Shown piece by piece: positions 26,215 through 35,339 of a stretch of DNA of 44,565 bases. Source of the stretch: an uncultured Gammaproteobacteria bacterium (GTDB lineage: Bacteria; Patescibacteriota; Microgenomatia; Levybacterales; GWA1-39-11). The stretch lies in NCBI GenBank assembly GCA_964589835.1, contig CAZPUU010000001.1:1-44565 (forward strand), in the 5' to 3' direction. The notes below the pieces were generated by a model, which saw only the letters and a program-made list of their open reading frames with translations, was not told the origin of the DNA and did no database searches. Each line of letters begins with the position of its first letter. Within the stretch, counting starts at the first letter, position 1. A program made the position numbers and the translations under genes.

Positions 26215-27125
26215 TTGGGGAAACTTCCTTTACCAAATCTCTTTAAGTAATAATCTTTGACTCCTATTTTTTGCCATTTACGTCCATTGAGTAACAATCG
26301 GAAACTCTCTCGTATAAGCGCGCTCTTTGTTTTGAGTGGAGCGTATTTAACACCGAAAATCAATCTATTGCGAGTTAAATAATAATCATGAAGTTCAGAA
26401 CCCGAGCCGGATGACCCTGCGTTATTGTGCCAAACGATGGCGCGGGGAGCATACATAATTTTGTATTTATTATGTATGATTTTTGCGCTTAATTCAGCGT
26501 CCTCATAATATAGAAAGTATCTCCTGTCAAAAAGCCCGATTTTATCAATCATTTGCTTGCGAAGAAGCAAACAAGCTCCGGTCGCAAACTCTATCTCATC
26601 CGATTCATCATACTGACCCCGGTCTACCTCATCCACACCTTTATGGATGCTCATAACATTATCCCAATCCATATAACCACCCGCATACCAGATCACTTTC
26701 CCTTTTTCCTTTTCATTATATCTATGACCATGGAATTCCCTCCCTTTTGTAAAATATATTTTAGGAACGACAGCACCAACTTTTTTGTCATCCATTGCTG
26801 ACGTCATCTGACGCAGGAATTCCCTCTCTCCCAAAGAATCGTTGTTAAGAAGAAGAAAATAGTCAAATACTTCGTTCCTAACATTTTCGAATACAAAATT
26901 GTGCCCTCCGGTAAAACCGAGATTATCAGCACTTTTCAACAAAGATAAATGTATTTTTTTATAGTTATCTGTATTTAGGTCCAATGTCTCTCTTGACGCG
27001 TTGTCGAGAACATATGTGAGAATTTCAAGACCTGTCAGATCAGAAGACATCAAAGAATCCAGGCAGGCAAGAGTATCCTTATTGCTATTGTAGTGGAGAA
27101 TAGAAATTATGATTTTTTGCATCAA
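26211..27125 (-). CDS. GT2 glycosyltransferase, WbbL/RfbF (rhamnosyltransferase)-like subgroup
   Basis: 304 aa. Motifs: ISILHYNSNKDTLACLDSL, LDNAS, NLGFTGGHN, LLLNNDS, ATGACLLLR, YYEDAELSAK. Confidence 0.75.
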   Translation of the reverse strand: MMQKIIISILHYNSNKDTLACLDSLMSSDLTGLEILTYVLDNASRETLDLNTDNYKKIHLSLLKSADNLGFTGGHNFVFENVRNEVFDYFLLLNNDSLGEREFLRQMTSAMDDKKVGAVVPKIYFTKGREFHGHRYNEKEKGKVIWYAGGYMDWDNVMSIHKGVDEVDRGQYDESDEIEFATGACLLLRKQMIDKIGLFDRRYFLYYEDAELSAKIIHNKYKIMYAPRAIVWHNNAGSSGSGSELHDYYLTRNRLIFGVKYAPLKTKSALIRESFRLLLNGRKWQKIGVKDYYLKRFGKGSFPK

Positions 27126-28018
27126 GAATGTATTCTTCTTTTTACCTTTAACAATTGCTTTTTTATGACATTCTTTTCGCTTGTTATCTTGACGTATGAT
27201 GTCCAGTAGAATAACTCCTTCTTTGCCATTTTCTCTCCATCTTGAAATAGCCTTGAAATTTCCTTCTCTTCCGGATAATTATTTGCCTCCCAAAGCCTTA
27301 GAAAAACTACCAAATGATAGAACCCCTGAAGCAGAGACAGAACCAATCCATGCATTCCGTCTTTATATCCGCTTTCTGCAAAATACCTTTTCACAAATTC
27401 CGAAAGCGGCATCCTGACAATGTCAAAAGAATTATAGACATAACCGTTTTTTTGAAGATTTTCGGCCTCATTCACCGTGTAAGTTTTTATCATTTTATTT
27501 AAAAATTGAGAAATATTTTCATAATTGAGATGTAAGAGCGGACTTTGAAGATTTTCGGTAGGTCCTTCTACCTTCAAATGTTCGTGTACGTGTAGCTCCT
27601 CAAATCTTCCTTTGTTTTTCTTAAATAACCTTAACTGAGGATCAGGATACCAACCGGTATGCCTAATCCATTTACCGAAAATAATATTCTTTCGGGGCAT
27701 ATAGTAACCGTCTACATTTGATGGTTCCAATTCGAGAATTTCTTTAGACAATTCCTCGGTTATTCTTTCATCTGAATCGAGACTTAATATCCAGTCCGCA
27801 TTTGCCTTTGAAAACCCAAAATTCTTATTGATATTCAACATTGCATTATTCTCTCTCATAAAAATTTTGTCTGTGTATTTTTTTGCAATTTGAACCGTTT
27901 TATCAGTTGAGTTGTTATCGACAAAAATTATTTCTTCAGCAATTTTACTCACCGAGGCAAGGCATTCCTCGATTTTTGCTTCTTCATTAAAGGCTGAGAT
28001 GACAACACTTACTTTCAT
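27122..28018 (-). CDS. GT2 glycosyltransferase, WaaE/KdtX-like subgroup (paralog of 18403..19158)
   Basis: 298 aa. Motifs: VSVVISAFNEE, FVDNNSTDKT, LDSDERITEEL, and tail GYKDGMHGLVLSLLQGFYHLVVFLRLWE. Confidence 0.8.
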   Translation of the reverse strand: MKVSVVISAFNEEAKIEECLASVSKIAEEIIFVDNNSTDKTVQIAKKYTDKIFMRENNAMLNINKNFGFSKANADWILSLDSDERITEELSKEILELEPSNVDGYYMPRKNIIFGKWIRHTGWYPDPQLRLFKKNKGRFEELHVHEHLKVEGPTENLQSPLLHLNYENISQFLNKMIKTYTVNEAENLQKNGYVYNSFDIVRMPLSEFVKRYFAESGYKDGMHGLVLSLLQGFYHLVVFLRLWEANNYPEEKEISRLFQDGEKMAKKELFYWTSYVKITSEKNVIKKQLLKVKRRIHS

Positions 28019-28036
28019 AGATTTAAGTTTATCAGA

Positions 28037-29494
28037 TTAGGGTTTTGAGCGCACAGATGAAATAACAAATCTTCCTATTTTTAAGCATTCACGACGCGCA
28101 ATGATGAATAGAAATCCGGAGTAGATAAGCATAGAAAGACAACCAAAAAACACCATATGGATCAGTGAATCGACGAATTGGGCGGTTATAACTGTAAAAA
28201 TAAACATTACAATCGCTGCTATAAATTGCTTATATATAGGCGCTATAACCGAAAATTCCACATACCGCTTTGATACAATAAATACTCCGACAGAACTTAA
28301 AGAAACAAGAAAAGTTGAGAAAGCTACGCCATTATAACCCATTACTGATAGCAGGATAAGTGTAGAAACCCATATCGCAACGGTCCAAAATATCATGAAG
28401 TAAAATGTAATTTTTACCTTACCAATCGCATTTAAAAAGTTAGTTAAAGGCGTTGATATCGATGAGAGAACCGTCCCCAAAGAAAAAAATGTTATAGAAA
28501 GAATTGCTGGCTCCCATTTCTGATACCTGGGGAAGTATGAAATAAGAAAAGGAGAGTATGCTATGATTGCAACCGCAATCGGAAAGATCGCAAGGCATAT
28601 CAGAAAAAGCGATTTTTCTATCGCCAACCGTAATGCCTTTTTGTCATCCTGAAGCCTGCTGAAAGATGGGAATGTTACTTTTATAACGTTATCCATGACA
28701 AGCCGTAGGGGCAGATATGCTACCTTTTCTGCAAATCCGATGTATCCAAGTTGCGAGATAGGAAGCACCTTACCCAAATATATAGTCCTAAAGTCATCTT
28801 TAAAAAGAGCAAGTACGCTGTTTGCCTGAAATGGTATACCGAATGACATGAGTTTTTTCAAAGATCGTCTGTCAAACGCTATGCCGATCGGCCAAGGTTG
28901 AATTATGTATATTGCAATCAGTCCAACTACGCTTCTCAAAAGAATTGCTATTGTAAAACTTGCAACCTTCATACCCAAAATTGCACATGCTATAAGAGCC
29001 AGATTGTAAACCAAATTTTCCAATATTTGAGGGATGACGAGTTTTCCATAATCAAGTTTTCGCTCCAAGAGGATAGTCGGGATGGTTCTTAACGAAGTAA
29101 GGACAAAAGAAACTAGCAGGGCTATCAAGAGAATGTATCCCGCCTCATCCAGATGATAGAAATGTGCAATATTTGAAGAAAAAAGTAGTGCCGGAATAAC
29201 CATTACCAAAACCAACAACTGCTGAGTGACAAAAACGGTTCTCAATTGTTCTTTAGTCGGCTCCTCTTTCGCCTGTATTAAAGATGCAGCAAGCCCAATA
29301 TCCTGAAAATAATTAAAAAAAACAATGATCGACGAGACCACAAAAAATATTCCAAAACTGGCGGGATCTAAAAAGACTGTCAGGATAAAACTAGTAATAA
29401 GTCCAATGAGCTGGAGAATAAAAGAACGCGACACAAGTGCAAAAGCGCCTCTTACAGATTTTGTCGCAATTGCATGTAGTTCAAAATCATCCAT
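28037..29494 (-). CDS. Wzx-like polysaccharide/oligosaccharide flippase (MOP superfamily)
   Basis: 485 aa with roughly 12-14 hydrophobic segments. The N-terminus KSVRGAFALVSRSFILQLIGLITSFILTVFLDPASFGIFFVV is typical of Polysacc_synt-type flippases. Confidence 0.7.
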   Translation of the reverse strand: MDDFELHAIATKSVRGAFALVSRSFILQLIGLITSFILTVFLDPASFGIFFVVSSIIVFFNYFQDIGLAASLIQAKEEPTKEQLRTVFVTQQLLVLVMVIPALLFSSNIAHFYHLDEAGYILLIALLVSFVLTSLRTIPTILLERKLDYGKLVIPQILENLVYNLALIACAILGMKVASFTIAILLRSVVGLIAIYIIQPWPIGIAFDRRSLKKLMSFGIPFQANSVLALFKDDFRTIYLGKVLPISQLGYIGFAEKVAYLPLRLVMDNVIKVTFPSFSRLQDDKKALRLAIEKSLFLICLAIFPIAVAIIAYSPFLISYFPRYQKWEPAILSITFFSLGTVLSSISTPLTNFLNAIGKVKITFYFMIFWTVAIWVSTLILLSVMGYNGVAFSTFLVSLSSVGVFIVSKRYVEFSVIAPIYKQFIAAIVMFIFTVITAQFVDSLIHMVFFGCLSMLIYSGFLFIIARRECLKIGRFVISSVRSKP

Positions 29495-29520
29495 ACGCTC
29501 TTCATCTTATCTGCCATTAA

Positions 29521-30234
29521 TTATATTCTTTTATTATGTATATCAAACCAAAGAATAAAACTCTCCAATACTGCCCTCACAACAACTGCTATATTAGCTC
29601 CACTTTGGTCTCCGAATTCTCGAGGATAATGGTTTACTTCAACTTCTTTTATTTTAAGTTTTTTTCTGGTTGCCTTGGCAAGAATTTCCGTTGTAATCAT
29701 CGCGCCCTCCGAGCGAAGCGGCATGATTTCATTGAATACGGACTTTCGGAACATCTTGAAACCGCAATCGATATCCTTGAAATAAAACCGAAAGAATACA
29801 AAATCCCATATTTTAAGCAAATACATAAGAACGTGACGTACAAATTTATCTCGTCGTTTTTTACGGAAACCAATTACTATGTCGGAACCATTTATGGCAT
29901 CAACAAATTTATCGACTTCGGAAAAATCAAATTGCCGATCCCCATCGGTGAAAACAACGTATTTATATCGTGCATTTTCAAATCCTTCCCTAAGCGCTGC
30001 CCCATAACCCCTGTTCGGAGAGTGAGTAATAGCTCTCACATTCTTGTATTTTTGGGCCAACTCACGGCCTATTTCGTACGTCTTGTCAGACGATCCATCG
30101 TCGATGATCAATATCTCCCATTGCTCTGCTATTGATTTTGCAACAGGTATTGCGCTTTCGACGACATGCTTTACGTTCTTTTCCTCATTCCAAAAAGGAA
30201 AAAATATGGAAAGTTCAGGTAACTTCTTTTGCAT
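29521..30234 (-). CDS. GT2, DPM1/Ppm1-type polyprenyl-phosphate-sugar synthase-like
   Basis: 237 aa. Motifs: LSIFFPFWNEEKN, IIDDGSSDKT, NRGYGAALREG, FTDGDRQFD, GFRKKR, DCGFKMF. Confidence 0.7.
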   Translation of the reverse strand: MQKKLPELSIFFPFWNEEKNVKHVVESAIPVAKSIAEQWEILIIDDGSSDKTYEIGRELAQKYKNVRAITHSPNRGYGAALREGFENARYKYVVFTDGDRQFDFSEVDKFVDAINGSDIVIGFRKKRRDKFVRHVLMYLLKIWDFVFFRFYFKDIDCGFKMFRKSVFNEIMPLRSEGAMITTEILAKATRKKLKIKEVEVNHYPREFGDQSGANIAVVVRAVLESFILWFDIHNKRI

Positions 30235-30235
30235 G

Positions 30236-31918
30236 TTATTTCTTGCGTCTTGAAAGTATTATTATAGCAGTTGGCAATGATAAAAATACAATAAGCGAGA
30301 TCATATTTGCAACAGATTGGAGAGGAGTATTTTTCAACTCTATCTCCAAAACTCCCTTCCCTTTTGGAATTTCCATATTCACACCTTTTTTGTCGTCAAC
30401 TATGGGAATCTGTTTACCATTTATCTTTGCTTCCCATGACGGATAATATGCACGGTTGAGATGAACAATCCCATTCTCGGCAAGATCGTAATCAACAATG
30501 TAATACTGAAACTTTTTCATTTCAAAACGAAGACTCCCCATACCTTGATACAGCTCTATGTCACGCTCAAATAAATCAGATGGACCCATTGGCTTAATGA
30601 ATCCGGACGGTAAATATTCGTCAGATATTTTTGACACTGTAAAATTAATATATTTTTGACTCGTATAGTAACTTGACGAATTTGAATTGAAATATTGAGG
30701 TGTAAAAAGTTTTATTCCAAGAATTATAGATCCGACAATAATACATATTGATATATACAATGCGACCGCATTATTTTGTTTCTTCGCAACAAAGTAAGGG
30801 ATATAACCGATAACAAACGCAGTAAAAAGTGCAGTAAAATTGATAAATCTCCAAGGGTATTGAATGTATTCCATAAATGGGACAGCACCCCAAATCATAG
30901 CGGTAATTGATAAAGTTAAAACTGTACTTATAACAACTAGCACAATACTTATAACAACCACCTTTTCCTGCAAATCAATTTTTTTCTTTCCAAAACTATA
31001 TACAAGAAAAAGCATCGAGACAATCAAAAGCAGTATATTCAATTTACCTGCTTTAAAACTTAATCCATCGATACACCCCTTAACCGACCCCCCAAACCCC
31101 CACAAGGAATCCCAGTATTGGCCGAGACAGACAAAGTGATCCCGAAAGTTGGCGCCTCCGCCTATTTGGGAAGCAACATTTGTGTATTTCATCTCAAGAA
31201 AAGCCGGCACGATGTAAAAAGCAGAAAGTGCTACCCCGACAAGAAGTGCCCCGACAACTGCTATAGCGAAATATTTCCTGTACTTGGCAAAAAAGTAAGC
31301 TAAAAGAGTTGTCGGAACCATAATTATTAAAAGCATAAAAAACGTCAAATTATGAGAGGTTGCTACCAACAGTACCCCGTAAGACATAATAAGAAATTCT
31401 TTCATGGCAAATTTTTTCCTGTCTTCAATAAACGAATAGATTCCGTAAAAAATAAGCGGCAAAAAAGCATATGCAAAAAGTTCTCCCACTGCTCCTCTAA
31501 CATAGATATTTACCGCGTGGTATGGAAAGTATGAATAAACAATAGCACTGACAACTCCACCGACATCACCAAAGAATTTCCTTGAAAAGATGAACATCGT
31601 CACTGCAGAAAGCAAAATCCCAACACCAAGCATTATCTTTGTTGAAATGAGGGCATTTATTCCAAGAAGGGTGACTACCCCTCCGATGTAGTAAGGCAAA
31701 GGACCGTAAAAATTAAAAATCGGGTACCCATAACCGTATCCAAGATCCGGCACCCATCTTACGGGAAATGTTTTTTGCGCAAGCATTTTCCCCATTTCAT
31801 ATACTCTTACTACTTGTGTGTTGTCATGAACATCAAAAAACCCACTATGCAAAAGAGGCAATACTGTTCCAATGCAAAGAAGAAGAACAAGTATCAATAA
31901 AGCAATATTTCTATTCAT
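30236..31918 (-). CDS. COG5617/'PTPS-related'-like polytopic membrane protein (family F)
   Basis: 560 aa. Contains FFDVHDNTQVVRVYEMGKMLAQKTFPVRWVPDLGYGYGYPIFNFYGPLPYY, the C-terminal AYYPSWEAKINGKQIPIVDDKKGVNMEIPKGKGVLEIELKNTPLQ, and then a terminal TM. Confidence 0.5.
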   Translation of the reverse strand: MNRNIALLILVLLLCIGTVLPLLHSGFFDVHDNTQVVRVYEMGKMLAQKTFPVRWVPDLGYGYGYPIFNFYGPLPYYIGGVVTLLGINALISTKIMLGVGILLSAVTMFIFSRKFFGDVGGVVSAIVYSYFPYHAVNIYVRGAVGELFAYAFLPLIFYGIYSFIEDRKKFAMKEFLIMSYGVLLVATSHNLTFFMLLIIMVPTTLLAYFFAKYRKYFAIAVVGALLVGVALSAFYIVPAFLEMKYTNVASQIGGGANFRDHFVCLGQYWDSLWGFGGSVKGCIDGLSFKAGKLNILLLIVSMLFLVYSFGKKKIDLQEKVVVISIVLVVISTVLTLSITAMIWGAVPFMEYIQYPWRFINFTALFTAFVIGYIPYFVAKKQNNAVALYISICIIVGSIILGIKLFTPQYFNSNSSSYYTSQKYINFTVSKISDEYLPSGFIKPMGPSDLFERDIELYQGMGSLRFEMKKFQYYIVDYDLAENGIVHLNRAYYPSWEAKINGKQIPIVDDKKGVNMEIPKGKGVLEIELKNTPLQSVANMISLIVFLSLPTAIIILSRRKK

Positions 31919-33573
31919 GATTTAAATTGCAAAATTGGTCGCATGAGTATAAAGAAAATAACTAATAAAGTGGCTAGGCTTAAGATGTCTAGTGACAAGC
32001 GCAATGGTGTTTCCTCAAATACCAAAGTGACTCTGCTCCTAAACTGACTTCCCTGAATTTCCATAACCCCTTGCGCATTATCATAATTTATCCCTACCTT
32101 TTCATTATCAAGATATGCTTTCCATCCGGGATAGTAAATTGTATTTATTCGAAAGACAGGATCAGTAACCGCATCATATTTAAATGATATTTTTTTTGAA
32201 CTGTATTCTAAATTACTTATTGAAGCATTTCCACTGACGACAATAACTTTTTCACCGTATCGACTTTTAGGATGCTCTTTTACCCAAAGGGGCATAAGTT
32301 CAGACGAACTTGTTGTTGTTGCTTCGTTTGTCAGGTATTGCTGATCGGGAGTATTATTGAAGCTTTTTGGTTTTGCATACGGCAAGGTTAGAAATACTGC
32401 AACTATGCAAAGAGCTATTACGGCATATTTAAAGTATCTCCCTTGACCGATCAAAAATCCGGCCGAGAGCGCTGTTATAAATCCTAATTGAGATAATAAT
32501 ATCCACGGATAATTAATTTCGGAAAGAAGAGGGAGAGTTTTCCATACAACGCCGGTTATGGAGAAAAGCATTACCAAACAAACCAAGTAAATGGCGAGCA
32601 AAGTCGTTGAATAAAACTTATGCGGTGTCAGCATGAATTTTGTTTTGACGAATGAGAACCCAAGAACAAGAATTATCAAAGCAATAATTGCGATATGCGC
32701 AGGACCGAGTTGATAGGAAAATCCGTCACTTCCCGTAGGTGAACCATAACCCCACGATGGAAATATAAGTTGCTTAAAATCGACAAAATACAGATTTCTG
32801 TCAGCAATTGGAATCTTCGACAATAAAATATTACCCTTCTCCAATAACGCCGGTACCCAGAAAAAAACTGACAATCCGGCCCCAAGAACGATGCAAAGAA
32901 AAAATGATTGCACAACATCAAATCTTTTTTCTCTCAGTATTCGTGCGATCATAAACGCAAGCAAAACAGGCAAAAAAAGTATCGTCATGATGTTGTGGGT
33001 CATAACCAAAATTCCCAAAAGAATTGAGAGCGTAACAACCGAGAACCGTGAGAAGGCAGTATCAAAAAGTTTTGTTGAAAAATAGAAAATAAAAGGAAAA
33101 AGAGCAAATGCAACGCTCTCTCCTATCGAGCCCCTAACATAAAGATCAACCATTCTATACGGAAGGTAAACGTAAAGAACCGATGAAACGACTGCAGCCA
33201 TTCTATTTCTCCAAAGGAGGTTTGAGGCAAGGTACATACCTATTCCCGATAAGAAAACACTTGCAACAAAAATGGTCTTAATAGACAGAACAAAATTATG
33301 AAAACCTACATAAAAGAGCAGACCTAAATAATATGGAAAAGGGTATGCAAAATTAAAAAGAGGATAACCGTATCCAAAATTCAGTGCTCCGCTAAATCGA
33401 GGTGGTATTTGAAAATCGCGAAGAGTCCTGAACATATCGGCCAACCTTACAACTGCCCATTCACCGTCATGTGTCGGAAAATACCCTTCTTTGAAAAACG
33501 GAGCAACAACAGGAATACAAATAATTAATACAATTATTAGCAAGACTAAATTGTTGTCCAATATTTTTTTCAT
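31915..33573 (-). CDS. COG5617/'PTPS-related'-like polytopic membrane protein (family F)
   Basis: 552 aa. Contains YFPTHDGEWAVVRLADMFRTLRDFQIPPRFSGALNFGYGYPLFNFAYPFPYY, the C-terminal IYYPGWKAYLDNEKVGINYDNAQGVMEIQGSQFRSRVTLVFEETPLR, and then a terminal TM. Confidence 0.5.
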   Translation of the reverse strand: MKKILDNNLVLLIIVLIICIPVVAPFFKEGYFPTHDGEWAVVRLADMFRTLRDFQIPPRFSGALNFGYGYPLFNFAYPFPYYLGLLFYVGFHNFVLSIKTIFVASVFLSGIGMYLASNLLWRNRMAAVVSSVLYVYLPYRMVDLYVRGSIGESVAFALFPFIFYFSTKLFDTAFSRFSVVTLSILLGILVMTHNIMTILFLPVLLAFMIARILREKRFDVVQSFFLCIVLGAGLSVFFWVPALLEKGNILLSKIPIADRNLYFVDFKQLIFPSWGYGSPTGSDGFSYQLGPAHIAIIALIILVLGFSFVKTKFMLTPHKFYSTTLLAIYLVCLVMLFSITGVVWKTLPLLSEINYPWILLSQLGFITALSAGFLIGQGRYFKYAVIALCIVAVFLTLPYAKPKSFNNTPDQQYLTNEATTTSSSELMPLWVKEHPKSRYGEKVIVVSGNASISNLEYSSKKISFKYDAVTDPVFRINTIYYPGWKAYLDNEKVGINYDNAQGVMEIQGSQFRSRVTLVFEETPLRLSLDILSLATLLVIFFILMRPILQFKS

Positions 33574-33577
33574 AGTT

Positions 33578-35206
33578 CTAGTTAATTCCTACAATTTTGT
33601 ATGCAAGTCTCTCGTCAGGAAAATAAATGAAATGCTGCCCATCCACCGGTATCTCTTTCGGGCTTCCTATAATAAGGGTCTTTCCAATTAGCGAGTCTTT
33701 GCCGTATTCGATCATCTTGAATTCGTACTTTCCAATTTTTCTGAAGAATCTGTCAACAGACCCATTTCCGCTATAATTCCAATTTTTTTGATACCAAGCA
33801 GGATCAATTTTGTTGTAGAAAAGATAATAAATGTACGGTTGATCATACTCGTAGGACATAATTATTTTATTGTATCGATTTTCGACCGACTTCGCATAAA
33901 GTATTGCCTCCTTATTACCATATTGCCAAAAATAACCATATTTAACCGGTGTGAGTATAAAGTACGAATAAAGGTAATAGATTAAATTAACTGTAAATAC
34001 AATTCCCGCAATACTTATGATAACAAGCCCAAGACGTTTCCATCTTCCGGCTTGTTTGTACAAAAAATAAACACCACAGGCTACAAATATTTGAAAAGCA
34101 GGAATCATAGCTATCGCACGTATCGGCTGTGGAGTTCCTGTAGTTACAGACGCGGGCAATGGCGACAAGATAAAAAGTAAAAGCAATAAAATCACTCTTC
34201 TATCCAATTTTCTCAAGAGATATATTAACCCGAGAATAATAAATGGGAAATCCCACAGGAACAACATTCCCATATTGTATGCGTGGTGATGCAGTCCTCC
34301 ATCGCCATGAAGGAATAGAAATCCAAAATTATAATGATCAAAATATCCTTTAATCATTTGAGGAATAAAAATAACCCGCCGGTTATATACAATTTGACCA
34401 AATATGTCGTTGCTTTGTTTCGCCTCGAGCGTTTTCTCGGCAGACAATTTCAAAAGCCTGTCATCCTGAAATATGGTAACCATCGAAAGTCGCGCGCCGG
34501 CTCCTTGAGGAGCAACAAAATTCAAATATATCGGAATTGTTAGAACAACTACCAATAAATACGAAATAATTACAAAAAACTTATTTTTTATAAGATCCTT
34601 ATAAAACAAAATAGACACTACAATCAAAATCAATGGATTTAAGAGACGAAAACTGTGGTACGAATACATGCTCAATATAAAAAATCCTGCAAAAAGAAAG
34701 TAAAAAACGGGTTTTTTAAAACCCTTAAAAAGGAATAACAATGCCGTTATCAAAAAAAACATCCCGACATTTCCCTCAAAAGCTGCTCTTGAAAATTGTA
34801 AATGCCAGGGAGAAACGGAAAGGAAAAATGCCGATAGAAGTGCGATAAATTCTCCTTCTTTTCTACCCTTAAAGATTTGTCTCGAAAGAAAATAGACAAC
34901 AATAATAGCCAGTACGCCGATAACTGCAGCCGGGAATCTTACCGCAAATTCGGAAAGCCCGAATAGAGCGACACTGGGAACGGTCAGGTAGATATAAACA
35001 GGCGGCTTAAAATCATCAAAAGAACGGAAAGACAAAGGCATAAAATTGCCGTATTCATCCTTCGCTGTTTTTAGAATCGAGTATGCATTGTATCCTATGG
35101 AAGCCTCATCCCAGTCAAGGCTGGGAGGATTGGTGCCCAATAAAAAAAAGCGCAATACAAAACCAAGTACAACTATTGAAATAAATGCTAATTTTATTTT
35201 ATTCAC
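33578..35206 (-). CDS. PMT_2/ArnT-like GT-C membrane glycosyltransferase (family A); GTG start; first gene of the 17-kb minus unit
   Basis: 542 aa. Motifs: SLDWDEASIGYNAYSILKTAKDEYGNFMP, VSPWHLQFSRAAFEGNVG, VYNRRVIFIP...FLFLHGDGG, and tail DQPYIYYLFYNKIDPAWYQ. Confidence 0.8.
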   Translation of the reverse strand: MNKIKLAFISIVVLGFVLRFFLLGTNPPSLDWDEASIGYNAYSILKTAKDEYGNFMPLSFRSFDDFKPPVYIYLTVPSVALFGLSEFAVRFPAAVIGVLAIIVVYFLSRQIFKGRKEGEFIALLSAFFLSVSPWHLQFSRAAFEGNVGMFFLITALLFLFKGFKKPVFYFLFAGFFILSMYSYHSFRLLNPLILIVVSILFYKDLIKNKFFVIISYLLVVVLTIPIYLNFVAPQGAGARLSMVTIFQDDRLLKLSAEKTLEAKQSNDIFGQIVYNRRVIFIPQMIKGYFDHYNFGFLFLHGDGGLHHHAYNMGMLFLWDFPFIILGLIYLLRKLDRRVILLLLLFILSPLPASVTTGTPQPIRAIAMIPAFQIFVACGVYFLYKQAGRWKRLGLVIISIAGIVFTVNLIYYLYSYFILTPVKYGYFWQYGNKEAILYAKSVENRYNKIIMSYEYDQPYIYYLFYNKIDPAWYQKNWNYSGNGSVDRFFRKIGKYEFKMIEYGKDSLIGKTLIIGSPKEIPVDGQHFIYFPDERLAYKIVGIN

Positions 35207-35339
35207 TGAAAAATACGCCCTTTACACTTATTAATTATAGTGGTTCCCAACATAAAGAGAAATACCTCCCGGATCAACCGATCTTCATAAGTATAAATAT
35301 GTTGTAGTATTACAATGTTTCCAGAGTTAGGTATAATAA
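35207..35339. promoter_or_regulatory. Divergent promoter region between the 35206->18403 and 35340->41038 units
   Basis: Largest non-coding gap in the window (133 nt). There are two back-to-back perfect TATAAT hexamers. One is on the minus strand at 35239..35234, 27 nt before the GTG at 35206. The other is on the plus strand at 35332..35337, with a possible -35 TTACAA at 35311..35316 (16-nt spacer). Confidence 0.35.

Noticed and set aside
29536-30135. 199-aa plus-strand ORF, the longest unexplained ORF in the track
   Set aside because: It is entirely antisense to the GT2 gene 29521..30234, which carries clear DDGS/DGD motifs. Its translation is Cys/Phe/Asn-rich and has no protein-like motif pattern. 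It is typical of a long antisense frame in AT-rich DNA.
26211-30234. Interpreting the locus as a conventional O-antigen or capsule (Wzx/Wzy) gene cluster
   Set aside because: No recognisable Wzy, Wzz, WaaL, initiating phosphoglycosyltransferase or nucleotide-sugar biosynthesis set is present apart from one epimerase. The gene content is dominated by GT-C enzymes, which is not the composition of known Wzx/Wzy clusters.
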